Shown here: one piece after another, positions 35,462 through 44,680 of the stretch
Layout: each line of letters begins with the position of its first letter
Numbering within the stretch: position 1 is the stretch's first letter
DNA from: a virus
Lineage: Duplodnaviria; Caudoviricetes
IMG/VR virus record: IMGVR_UViG_3300021255_005861
Coordinates: 121,667-185,666 of that record
Length of the DNA: 64,000 bases
Reading direction: 5' to 3' (one strand)
Program-made: the position numbers and the translations under genes
The notes under the pieces: model-generated
Database searches by the model: none
Told to the model about the DNA's origin: nothing
Seen by the model: the letters and a program-made list of their open reading frames with translations, nothing else

Positions 35462-35923
35462 ATGATAGTCAAGAATATAACCATAAGTACCGACTGCCTG
35501 AAAGTGACCCCGATAGGGGACAGGCTGTACCGGCTGGCCGAGGACACTACCCTCTGCATATATACGGACGTCGGCCTGCTCCGCTTCGAGATGTTCAAGG
35601 GGCTCGTGTCCAACTTCCGTTCCGGTGGTGTCCTGGTGGACGGGTTCATCGACCAGGTCGGGGACGAGAAGAAGAGCCTCTGCTACCTTTTCCATGATCT
35701 CTGCTATACCCCTAGTGTCCAGTGCGGCCTGGAGCATCCCGTTACCCGCAAGTTCGCCGACCAGTTGCTCAGGGCTGGCCTCCTATGGGCTGGAATGGGT
35801 TCGTTCAAGGCGGCCCTGGTCTACAACTCTGTACGGTTGTTCGGGCAAAGCGCGTACGAGGAGGATGACGCCCTCACGAGCACCAATTCCAGGCTGTTCA
35901 CGTTCCACTGGCTCGTCGGATAG
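35462..35923 (+). CDS. DUF1353-like protein
   Basis: HDLCY...RKFAD...VRLFG pattern. Confidence 0.6.
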   Translation: MIVKNITISTDCLKVTPIGDRLYRLAEDTTLCIYTDVGLLRFEMFKGLVSNFRSGGVLVDGFIDQVGDEKKSLCYLFHDLCYTPSVQCGLEHPVTRKFADQLLRAGLLWAGMGSFKAALVYNSVRLFGQSAYEEDDALTSTNSRLFTFHWLVG

Positions 35924-35924
35924 A

Positions 35925-37865
35925 TTTAGACAGAATCATTATAGCACTACAACAATATAAAAATATCAAAAAATACTTGACTTTCAAATAGTTTTTGTAT
36001 ATATTTATCACTGTGAAAGCAAAAGAAGTATTAAAGATTTTACAAGTATCCCGTCAAACTTTAACGACTTATGTTAAAAACGGCTCTCTTATAGTCCAAA
36101 AGAAGTCTAACGGTTATTATGACTATGACGAGGACAGCGTACTAAAGAAGGCGGGTATCACCCCGGAACGAAAGGTTGTAGTCTATGCACGGGTATCAAC
36201 GCAAAAGCAGAAAGCGGATCTTCAAAACCAGATAGACACAATTACCAAGTATGCAAACAATAACGGGTATTCCGTTTCCAAGGTATATTCGGATATCGCT
36301 AGCGGCATTTCCTATGACCGCGGACAATTTATTGAATTACTGAATGATATAATTGCACGTAAGATAAAGACCGTATTCGTAGAGAACAAGGATAGGCTTA
36401 CCCGTGTATCGTTCAATATGTGGAAGGACTTGTTCAAGCAGTTCGGATGCGACCTTGTAGCGATAAACGATGTCGTGAACCCTAAGACGGAAGAAGCCGA
36501 GATATTTTCGGACATTATCTCCCTCTTGCATTGCTTTGCCATGAAGATGTATTCCCAGCGTAGAAAGAACAAGCTGCGCATAGTCAAGGAAGACCTAGAA
36601 AATGAGATTAGTCTATAGTTTCAACTGCTCCGAACACATGGAGGAACTGCTTAGGTTGTGCAGGGTGTCGAAAGACCTGTACAACCAGGCTCTCTATACG
36701 TGTATGCAGGCTATGAAACAGGACGAACCCCAGTTCCTTAACTACTATGACCTAAACAAGATCTTGCAGAACACGTATAATCTTGAAGGGGCTATCAACT
36801 ATCGCCTGTTAAAAGCGCAGGTATCGCAGCAGACGCTCAAGCTGGTAGCAAATGCTATGAAGTCCTATTTCAGGGCTATAATGGACTACAAGGAGCATCC
36901 GGACAAGTATACGGGGCAACCAAAGATGCCTAACTATCTTCCCCGTAATGGATACTTCCTGCTCACGTATCCCAACCAGAGCTGCTCCATACGGAACGGA
37001 TACATCGTGTTGTCCAAGAACCTTAAACTTCGTATCCCGCAATTCCATAAGTATGAGGGAGCATTATCTTTGTTCCAGCAGGTTCGCATTATCCCGAAGA
37101 AAACCCACATGAAGGTGGAGATAGTCTATGAGCGTGAGGAAAGGGTTTCAACGTTGGATGCAAACAGATATGCTAGCATCGACCTCGGGCTGAATAACCT
37201 GGTTACCATGGTAACGGATTTTTCCGAGCCAGTTATCTATAACGGAAAGCCTATAAAGGCACTAAACAGACAATTTAACAAGTCCTTGGCAAAATACAAG
37301 TCATTAGTGGAGAAGAACAATGGCAAGAAGAGTAGTAAGCGGATAGACCGCATCTATACTAAAAGAAATAACCATATGGACGACCTTATGCATAAGGTGT
37401 CGCGACATATCGTGGATACGCTAGAACGGAACAATGTAGGAACTCTTGTCTGTGGACGCAACAAGGGATGGAAAGACTCCATTGACTTGGGCAGGAGGAA
37501 CAACCAGCAGTTCGTTCAGATACCCCACGAGAGACTCATATCCATGCTGCGGTACAAGTGCGAGATGTCCGGAATACGGCTGATAGAGAACGAGGAATCC
37601 TACACGAGCAAGTGCGATGCCCTTGCCCTGGAGCCCGTCTGCAAGCACGAAACCTATATGGGCAAACGTGTCCGCAGGGGGATGTTCCAGAGCAGTACCG
37701 GTAGGATATTGAATGCGGATGTGAACGGGGCGTTGAACATCTTGAGAAAAGTAGTCGGCGATTCCTGCGTGAGCGGGATAGCCGATAGTGGCCGCTTGTT
37801 CCGGCCTAGGAAGTTGGACAATCCATATTGTTTGAGTTCCGGAATAGTTTTTAACAATTTTAATG
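35925..37865 (+). mobile_element. IS607-family element (tnpA + tnpB)
   Basis: AT-rich segment carrying a serine recombinase and TnpB; ends approximate. Confidence 0.85.
36013..36618 (+). CDS. tnpA: IS607 serine recombinase
   Basis: N-terminal HTH, YARVST, DIASG, KDRLTR. Confidence 0.9.
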   Translation: MKAKEVLKILQVSRQTLTTYVKNGSLIVQKKSNGYYDYDEDSVLKKAGITPERKVVVYARVSTQKQKADLQNQIDTITKYANNNGYSVSKVYSDIASGISYDRGQFIELLNDIIARKIKTVFVENKDRLTRVSFNMWKDLFKQFGCDLVAINDVVNPKTEEAEIFSDIISLLHCFAMKMYSQRRKNKLRIVKEDLENEISL

Positions 37866-37873
37866 GAAACTAG
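36602..37873 (+). CDS. tnpB: IS607 TnpB
   Basis: LYNQALY, SIDLGL, EESYTSKC, NADVNGA. Confidence 0.9.
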   Translation: MRLVYSFNCSEHMEELLRLCRVSKDLYNQALYTCMQAMKQDEPQFLNYYDLNKILQNTYNLEGAINYRLLKAQVSQQTLKLVANAMKSYFRAIMDYKEHPDKYTGQPKMPNYLPRNGYFLLTYPNQSCSIRNGYIVLSKNLKLRIPQFHKYEGALSLFQQVRIIPKKTHMKVEIVYEREERVSTLDANRYASIDLGLNNLVTMVTDFSEPVIYNGKPIKALNRQFNKSLAKYKSLVEKNNGKKSSKRIDRIYTKRNNHMDDLMHKVSRHIVDTLERNNVGTLVCGRNKGWKDSIDLGRRNNQQFVQIPHERLISMLRYKCEMSGIRLIENEESYTSKCDALALEPVCKHETYMGKRVRRGMFQSSTGRILNADVNGALNILRKVVGDSCVSGIADSGRLFRPRKLDNPYCLSSGIVFNNFNGN

Positions 37874-38114
37874 AACATTGATAATTCTGCTAGTTTTGTC
37901 TATATTGATAAATATATACCTCGCATTGCGGATAGCAGCACTGCGGGACATGTTGCACTTTATGGACGCAAAGATTCGAGAATTCGAACTGCGTCTCGCA
38001 CCGAAAGGAGTACCCAATGAACATTACAGAACTGCGCAACCTCGTAGCAGCCCGCAGGGCGGAACGCCTCGGCAAGCAGGCCCCGAAGGCCGAGCCGGTC
38101 AAGGAAGAGCCTAA
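37863..38114 (+). CDS. Small membrane protein
   Basis: N-terminal TM helix; 3' end overlaps the next ORF and is uncertain. Confidence 0.4.
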   Translation: METRTLIILLVLSILINIYLALRIAALRDMLHFMDAKIREFELRLAPKGVPNEHYRTAQPRSSPQGGTPRQAGPEGRAGQGRA

Positions 38115-38295
38115 GGCTGAAGTCCCCGTGGTGGAGGAAGCCCCGAAGGCGGAACCCGTGGCTGAAGAGCCCCGGGAAACCCCCACGGCGGAATCCGCTC
38201 CCGTAGAGGAGGTCCCGGCGGAAGAACCCGTCGCCGAGGAGAAGCTCTCCAAGAAGGCTTCCAAGAAGTCCGCCAAGAAGGGAAAGAAGGACTAG
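38017..38295 (+). CDS. Low-complexity Glu/Pro/Ala/Lys-rich protein
   Basis: PKAEPV.EE repeats, basic tail, AAGGAG RBS. Confidence 0.6.
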   Translation: MNITELRNLVAARRAERLGKQAPKAEPVKEEPKAEVPVVEEAPKAEPVAEEPRETPTAESAPVEEVPAEEPVAEEKLSKKASKKSAKKGKKD

Positions 38296-38427
38296 CCCGA
38301 TGGCCAAGAAGAATTCCGACGAAATCGTCATCCGCGTGCCCTTCGGCACCAAGTCCGTCAAGATAGAGATGGACGACGCCCCCGTCAAGGAGGGCAAGAA
38401 GAAGGGCACCCGCAAGATCTGCGACTA

Positions 38428-39333
38428 ATGGATATAGTCCTCCCGTACGTAGACTGTTCCGACCCCGAGTGGCAGGACACGTTCCTGTCCCAGCGGTGGA
38501 AGCGCCCCCTCTCTCCCCGCCTCAAGGAGGCGTTCCTGCGCCCTTACCGAAGCAGGTTCTCCGACCACGGCCTGTTCCGCTACTGGTGGAGGGCACTGGA
38601 GCACAACTACCGTGACGTGGGCAAGGTGCACTTACTCTTGATGTCCGAGTCCCAGTACCCGGACTTCCTGCGCAGGGACGACCCGCGGATAGTGCCGTAC
38701 TACCACCGAGACTTCATCCCGGAACACTTGCGACCGTGCTACAACAGTTCGGTAATCGAGTTGTGCGCCATAATGCGGCTGGACTTGCCCCCTACGTTCA
38801 TACTCGCCAACGACGACATGTACTTCAACGCCACCGTGGACGACACGCGGTTCGCGGACGACGGTAAGCCCATGACGAGGATATCCGTTGGCGGCAGGTA
38901 CGGCACGGGGAACAACTTCCAGTGTGCGCTGTCCAATGGGCGCGACTTGGTGTCCCGTCACTACGGGAAGCCTTGCCCCGATTACCGCTTTTATCACTTG
39001 TTCCAGGTCTACGATACGGCGTTCTGCAAGGCATTCCTTGCGTCCGAGTGGGAAACCGTGCTGGCGGGGATGACCCGCAAGAGGGACAGGCGGAACCACA
39101 ATCACATGATGCTGATGATGGCACAGAACCTGGCGGGGGTGTCCGTGGACTCGGACCTGTTCCCGAGTTCCGGGTATTACGAGATGCCGCGGATACGGGA
39201 GGAGGACTTCGATGGCATCAGTGAACATCCGTGCATTTGCCTCAATGACACCGACGGTATGCATGTGTCTATCGCCCGCAAGTACCTCTCGGAGCGCTAT
39301 CCCGAGCCGAGCAGCTTCGAGGTTCAACTATAA
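38428..39333 (+). CDS. Stealth-family hexose-1-phosphate transferase
   Basis: CR1 DIVLPYVD..DP.W; CR2 RF.D.G..RY..R, YNS..IE, NDDMY; CR4 CLND. Confidence 0.8.
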   Translation: MDIVLPYVDCSDPEWQDTFLSQRWKRPLSPRLKEAFLRPYRSRFSDHGLFRYWWRALEHNYRDVGKVHLLLMSESQYPDFLRRDDPRIVPYYHRDFIPEHLRPCYNSSVIELCAIMRLDLPPTFILANDDMYFNATVDDTRFADDGKPMTRISVGGRYGTGNNFQCALSNGRDLVSRHYGKPCPDYRFYHLFQVYDTAFCKAFLASEWETVLAGMTRKRDRRNHNHMMLMMAQNLAGVSVDSDLFPSSGYYEMPRIREEDFDGISEHPCICLNDTDGMHVSIARKYLSERYPEPSSFEVQL

Positions 39334-39375
39334 TTATTTTTCCGAATCCGCCCATAAATTATATATATTTATGGC

Positions 39376-39720
39376 ATGGATTTAAATCACGACTACAATG
39401 ACGGAGAGAACCCGTTCCTCGTCATAGGAGCGGCGGAGCGCCTTCAGGCGTGCAAGGCCGCCATCCTGGCGTACGGGGATCTCGGGTACACTGACCCGCC
39501 CCTGCCCGACATCCGCGACGCTATCGGCGACTACACGGACGTGGACGGCATGGACCGCGTCAAGCGCAAGGTTAGGGAGATCCTCACCGTGTCCCAGGTA
39601 GTGCGTGACTCCGAGCTGCTCTCGGTGGACGTGGTGTCCACCGTGGGCGACGACAGGTTCACTATAGACGTTCAGTTTACATTTGGAAGGATAGAGGTCG
39701 ATGCCACAGCCGTACTATGA
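39376..39720 (+). CDS. Putative baseplate wedge protein (gp25-like)
   Basis: Size and position at the head of the baseplate cluster. Confidence 0.4.
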   Translation: MDLNHDYNDGENPFLVIGAAERLQACKAAILAYGDLGYTDPPLPDIRDAIGDYTDVDGMDRVKRKVREILTVSQVVRDSELLSVDVVSTVGDDRFTIDVQFTFGRIEVDATAVL

Positions 39721-41656
39721 TAACTTTGCGCTAGCCAACATGTCCCTCCAGGAGCGCCTCGGGCGTTCCGGGTCTACTATCAACAGGGACTCCGCGATAC
39801 TCGGCTGGCAGACGCGCTCTCTCGTGCAGATGCTCAATTACGGCAGGGATGCCATCACGGTGGCAGCCGCGAGCCACCTGCTCAACATGGACATTCTCAA
39901 CTGCAACGACGCCTACCTCCTCAAGCTTGCCGAGGGGCTGCTCCTGAACTCCATCGAGAGCATCTCGCCCCCGATGATATTCCGTTCCAGGCCGTTCCGC
40001 TTCCGCAGCGACCGTTCCTACGCCCGATGGAGCACCGTGGGTAACATCGGGCTGAAGGACGGCAGCAAGGCGTCGCTCATCATATACGACCCCCATACGG
40101 AGAACGAGAGCCGCGAGGGCTACTACTCCGTTGTGTACTGCGCGGGCAACTACGTGCGCCAGGAGATAACCGAGGGGTTCGACGGGTACACGCTCGGAAC
40201 GTTCTCTCCAGTCACCATACCCGAGACCTACAAGTCCGTGTGGACGGACTCGGTCGAGGTCACCCTTACATTGGCGGGGGATGTCGAGAGCAGGGCGCTG
40301 ACCCCCGTGTGGTCCATGGACGAGCTCCTGGCCCTCCCGGACGCATCCGACGCCGTCCTGTGCTTCCATACCCCCCGCGGCATGACCATGGTCCTCGGCG
40401 ACGGGGAGGTGTACGGCGGCGGGTATAACGGCAAGGACCTTCCCGCGATAACGGGTATAGTGGTCACGTACGTCAAGTGCGACAGCCTCGCCCCTGTGGA
40501 CAACTCCACGATATCCTTCAACTCCGACATCGTTCCGACCGGGGAAGTCCCGGTCCTTACCCCGATAAACGTGGGCGACACCTCGGACACGCTCCGCTCC
40601 CGTGCCGTGGACGAGTTCTTTGCGGCGGGCAAGATAACGGACGCCCGCGACCTCGTGACCGAACTGAAGAAGATCCCGTGGATACGCTCCGTGTTCGCAC
40701 GCTCCGAGTACAACTGGCCCATAGGGGAGACCCTGAAGGCTATCATCGACGGGCTGTCCTCCGACGACGAGGACGAGAGAGCTACGTATCAGCGCCATGC
40801 CTACGTGCCGGGGAAGACGTACATGCCAGGAGCGCTTGTGGCGTACGGGGACGCATTCTACTACTGCGTGGGCGAAAGCCCCACGGGCACTCCCGACGAG
40901 CTGAACGGATGGATACGTTTCCTCAGTTTCGCGGACGCCCTCACGCTGTACCAGTCCGCTAGCCGGTTCTTCCCGAGCGCCAACGTGCTCGACAATGCCA
41001 CTATAGTTGTTTCCGGGCTGGTATACGCCTCTCGCAGCTACTGGGCGGAGAACGGTACGTACTCTATCGGCACCATCGTATACCACTCCGGCACGAACCG
41101 GTTATGGCTCGCTATCCGCGAGAATGGCGGCCAGGTGGAGCCGGGGAGCGAGACGAACATAGACTTGTACAGCGTTGGCGACACGGGCCGGTGCTGGGTG
41201 GACCAAGAGGAGGCGCAGCAGCTGGTGTCCGCCGGGATACTCTCTCCCGAGGTCATGGTGGGGTTCATGGACTACGTGCCGATGACGCAGGCGATGTTCG
41301 AGGCCGAGTTCAAGGGCTACTTCAACATCGCAGGCAAGCTCGGGTTCACGTCGGTGGTCGTGGAGCCGCTCCTCGAGTACGCGGTGGTCGTGGACGTGTC
41401 CTACACGACGGCGGCGCCGATATCGGACGAGGTCCAGCGGGTTATCCAGGAGTACGCCTGCTACGAGGTGGGCAAGGACTTGAGGGCGGACGCGCTCAAC
41501 TCCATACTTACCAAGAAGTTCAACCTGGGGTCGGTATATATTAGCATATACGGGCAGGAGAAGACTGCGTCCGACGACCTGTCGCACCTGCAGCTTCCCG
41601 CCGCGAGCTACGTGTCCACGGGCAAGCTTACACTGAATATCACGGAGAAGATTTAA
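39701..41656 (+). CDS. Putative baseplate protein (gp6/J-like)
   Basis: LGDG.VYG, GDTSDTLRSRA...ITDARD pattern. Confidence 0.55.
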   Translation: MPQPYYDNFALANMSLQERLGRSGSTINRDSAILGWQTRSLVQMLNYGRDAITVAAASHLLNMDILNCNDAYLLKLAEGLLLNSIESISPPMIFRSRPFRFRSDRSYARWSTVGNIGLKDGSKASLIIYDPHTENESREGYYSVVYCAGNYVRQEITEGFDGYTLGTFSPVTIPETYKSVWTDSVEVTLTLAGDVESRALTPVWSMDELLALPDASDAVLCFHTPRGMTMVLGDGEVYGGGYNGKDLPAITGIVVTYVKCDSLAPVDNSTISFNSDIVPTGEVPVLTPINVGDTSDTLRSRAVDEFFAAGKITDARDLVTELKKIPWIRSVFARSEYNWPIGETLKAIIDGLSSDDEDERATYQRHAYVPGKTYMPGALVAYGDAFYYCVGESPTGTPDELNGWIRFLSFADALTLYQSASRFFPSANVLDNATIVVSGLVYASRSYWAENGTYSIGTIVYHSGTNRLWLAIRENGGQVEPGSETNIDLYSVGDTGRCWVDQEEAQQLVSAGILSPEVMVGFMDYVPMTQAMFEAEFKGYFNIAGKLGFTSVVVEPLLEYAVVVDVSYTTAAPISDEVQRVIQEYACYEVGKDLRADALNSILTKKFNLGSVYISIYGQEKTASDDLSHLQLPAASYVSTGKLTLNITEKI

Positions 41657-41657
41657 C

Positions 41658-42461
41658 ATGACAACACCTACCGCTATAACGGACTTCGCCTCGGCCATAC
41701 AGGCCATATGCAACTCCCAGCTCGACGTGCAGGAACTGACTTCCAAGTGGGCGGATATTATCGACGACGTCACTCCGAAAACCGTGGAAATCCACTTGAC
41801 AAACGGGCAGACGCTGTCAATAAAGAACATGGCGATGGTGGAGGGGGAACTCCGCGAGGCCGTCCGCGAGACCTACCCGAACATCAACAAGTCCAGGGCT
41901 TCTTTCACATACGGCTCCCCTACAAGCAGTTTCAGCGCCATCTACGGAGCCACGGCGTCCCATGGGCAGGCCAAGTTGGACAAGTCGCTAACTACACTGT
42001 CGGGATGGACGCAGAGCCCCGTCAACGACTTCGTTACCTATCATCCCGTAGAAATCTCTACCGGGGCAACTTCCGCTACCATAAGGTTCTCGCAGCTCCC
42101 CCGTCTCGTCATGCTCGGTATTCCCGAGGAACGCACTACGACTAGTATCGTGGTCGAGCCCATTCCGTCTAATGCCAACGACTTCGACCTCATGTACAAT
42201 GTGGACGCCAACGGGGCTACCGAATTTGCCGTCTACTACTACTCCTGCGTGACCCGGTTCGTCAACCATAGCAGCGCTAACGACCAAGTGCTCAAGTTGA
42301 GCACTAGCACTACACCCGAGTCCGTAATCAGCATCAAGATCCCCAAGCGCGGGGCCAACGCCGGGTTCAACTACGCCGACGTGCTGTTCTTCGCGGGCAA
42401 GGGGCAGAATGCGGTCAACTTCCTTCTCTTGAACGGCGGAGGCGCAGAATATGTCGTCTAA
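41658..42461 (+). CDS. Virion structural protein (hypothetical)
   Basis: Translationally coupled within the baseplate/tail cluster. Confidence 0.5.
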   Translation: MTTPTAITDFASAIQAICNSQLDVQELTSKWADIIDDVTPKTVEIHLTNGQTLSIKNMAMVEGELREAVRETYPNINKSRASFTYGSPTSSFSAIYGATASHGQAKLDKSLTTLSGWTQSPVNDFVTYHPVEISTGATSATIRFSQLPRLVMLGIPEERTTTSIVVEPIPSNANDFDLMYNVDANGATEFAVYYYSCVTRFVNHSSANDQVLKLSTSTTPESVISIKIPKRGANAGFNYADVLFFAGKGQNAVNFLLLNGGGAEYVV

Positions 42462-43626
42462 TCTCGACTTCAATACCGCCATCAAGAAGATGCGGGAAGT
42501 GAACGCGGACATGCTCCAGCTCATCGCCCAGCTCCGTGACTTCCTCACTACCGACAAGGAACTCAAGTTCTCGCTCGGTGACGAGAGCATCTTTATCAAG
42601 GGCCTGCTCGCCCTCATGGACAACTACAGGAACGGGAAGTTCCAGGCCGTCACCATCGGAACGGCGCCCGACGCCGTGGTGTTGTCCATGGACGGGGAGG
42701 GTAACCTGAAGGTCACCGACACGGCGGGCAACCTCGTCGGCGTCATGTGCACCGGCATCAGCTTTTCGGACATAGCGGACACCGCTATAGACAAGGCTAC
42801 GCTTACCGACTGCACGGTGGACTCCCTCAAGGGCAGTGTCAAGGTGTCCGGCGGCAAGGTATCGCTGGAGACCCTGGACATCGGGGGGAACTTCGTGGCG
42901 CAGACCGCCGTGGTCAACTCCATCGACAGCAATAGCGCGGAGATAGACGACGCGTACGTTCGGCAGCTCTACATCCAGGGCGACCGCAGAATGGCGTTCA
43001 AGGACGCCCGCGACGTATTCGCCTACAACACGTCGCCCGGAGTTACGGATCCCGTGGACGACTTCGCTAGCAAGCTCTCCGGCGGGTACAGCCTGTCCGA
43101 CATGGTATGGGATTGGGACAGCTCCACCGCCAAGCCGTCCATGATCGGAATAGACCCGACTGACAATACGATACCGAGCCTTATTACTATCTGCGGCAAC
43201 AACAAGTACGCGGACTTCCGGTCCACGCTACCCCCGGTGCAATACGGGATCTCAAACGTCAAGGCGGACTTCGTAGACCCGTCAGTTCCCTCGGTAGTGC
43301 TAACCAACGAGTACGCCGACATGGCTTCCGTGTTCCTGTGGCCGTCCCTGCGATACGAGACAGTATCGTACGGCGGCGTATCAAAGAACATAGTGGTCCA
43401 TGAGTTCAGTAGCACGGACGTGGGCAAGGAGGTGTATTACAGGACCTCCGCCAGCCCGTGGGTCCTCTACCGCACGCTCACGGTACACTACAACAACATG
43501 GCGCCCATATCCGCCACGCTCGGTACCCCGTACACCATTCCCGCCTACTCGTGCGTCAAGTTCATCGTCGGCAGAACGGGTACCGCCTCCGACGGCTCCA
43601 CCATGTCAATCCTGGAGATAGGGTAG
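42451..43626 (+). CDS. Virion structural protein (hypothetical)
   Basis: Coupled ORF; C-terminal TIPAYS shared with the next gene. Confidence 0.5.
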   Translation: MSSNLDFNTAIKKMREVNADMLQLIAQLRDFLTTDKELKFSLGDESIFIKGLLALMDNYRNGKFQAVTIGTAPDAVVLSMDGEGNLKVTDTAGNLVGVMCTGISFSDIADTAIDKATLTDCTVDSLKGSVKVSGGKVSLETLDIGGNFVAQTAVVNSIDSNSAEIDDAYVRQLYIQGDRRMAFKDARDVFAYNTSPGVTDPVDDFASKLSGGYSLSDMVWDWDSSTAKPSMIGIDPTDNTIPSLITICGNNKYADFRSTLPPVQYGISNVKADFVDPSVPSVVLTNEYADMASVFLWPSLRYETVSYGGVSKNIVVHEFSSTDVGKEVYYRTSASPWVLYRTLTVHYNNMAPISATLGTPYTIPAYSCVKFIVGRTGTASDGSTMSILEIG

Positions 43627-43627
43627 C

Positions 43628-44680
43628 ATGCTGGACACGAGGACGACCATACGCAACTTTCTAGACCTCCAGTTCGACCTGGAGGCCCTGATACGCGGTG
43701 TCCACGACTTGGAGGACGACGGCACCATCGTCACGATACGGTGGTCGGACGGGTCGCTCGACAAGGTTCCGACCTACAAGTTCTACAAGGCGTTCGTCGG
43801 CAGCATGTACGGGCTGCTCACTATAGGGAACGTTCCACTGTCCTATGCCTACTCGGGACTGAACATCGACGGCAAGCTGTCCTCGAAGATAGTATCCGCC
43901 GTTACCAGCGAGATAAACTTCCGCAACTGCAATATCAAGGAAGTGGTTGCCCAGTACGTCATCCTGAACAAGGACGTGCAGGTGACATCGCTGGACGAGA
44001 TAGCGGAACTCGACACTAAGGTGCTGAACGTTCAAAAGGATGCGCGAATAGGGAAGATATACCCCGACGTGCTGTCCGCGAGGACGATGGACACGACCGG
44101 GGGCGTCTGCACGGTGGAGACCGTAAAGGCCAACAACACGTCCCGCGCCCCGATGGATTCCTACCTGTACTGGCCCCGCATGGCGGCCTTTCGGTCCCTG
44201 CTCGTCATAGACGGCCCGATGAAGACCTACGACGCCAGCATCTCCGACCGCTCGATGGAGTCCATATACGTCTACGCCCCGTACGTGTCCAGCGGAACCG
44301 CCACCATGCAGGTCGCCGGTAGTAACGAAGTGCCGGAAGGCGAGTATCCGCGATATAGCGTTACAAACCTCTCCCTCCTCTACCCCTACAAGAGTTTTGG
44401 CAGGGTGTCGAGTACGGAACTGAAACTGGAGATGCTCGCACCGAGGGACGAGGACCAGCACAAGGTTGTGACCGTCCGCAATGTTTCCGACAACGAAGTT
44501 ACGGCGTGCAACGTGTGGACGTTCAGCCAGGATTCCTACGAGGGCCAGACCCGCACCCGCGTCACGTCCATAAGCACCGTGACCATACCCGCATATTCCG
44601 CTATCGACTTCATATTCTTCTTTACGTATTCCAACGATGTCCTCTACGCGTACATGCTACCAACAAAGGCGCTCACATGA
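43628..44680 (+). CDS. Virion structural protein (hypothetical)
   Basis: Coupled ORF; apparent paralog of the preceding gene. Confidence 0.5.
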   Translation: MLDTRTTIRNFLDLQFDLEALIRGVHDLEDDGTIVTIRWSDGSLDKVPTYKFYKAFVGSMYGLLTIGNVPLSYAYSGLNIDGKLSSKIVSAVTSEINFRNCNIKEVVAQYVILNKDVQVTSLDEIAELDTKVLNVQKDARIGKIYPDVLSARTMDTTGGVCTVETVKANNTSRAPMDSYLYWPRMAAFRSLLVIDGPMKTYDASISDRSMESIYVYAPYVSSGTATMQVAGSNEVPEGEYPRYSVTNLSLLYPYKSFGRVSSTELKLEMLAPRDEDQHKVVTVRNVSDNEVTACNVWTFSQDSYEGQTRTRVTSISTVTIPAYSAIDFIFFFTYSNDVLYAYMLPTKALT

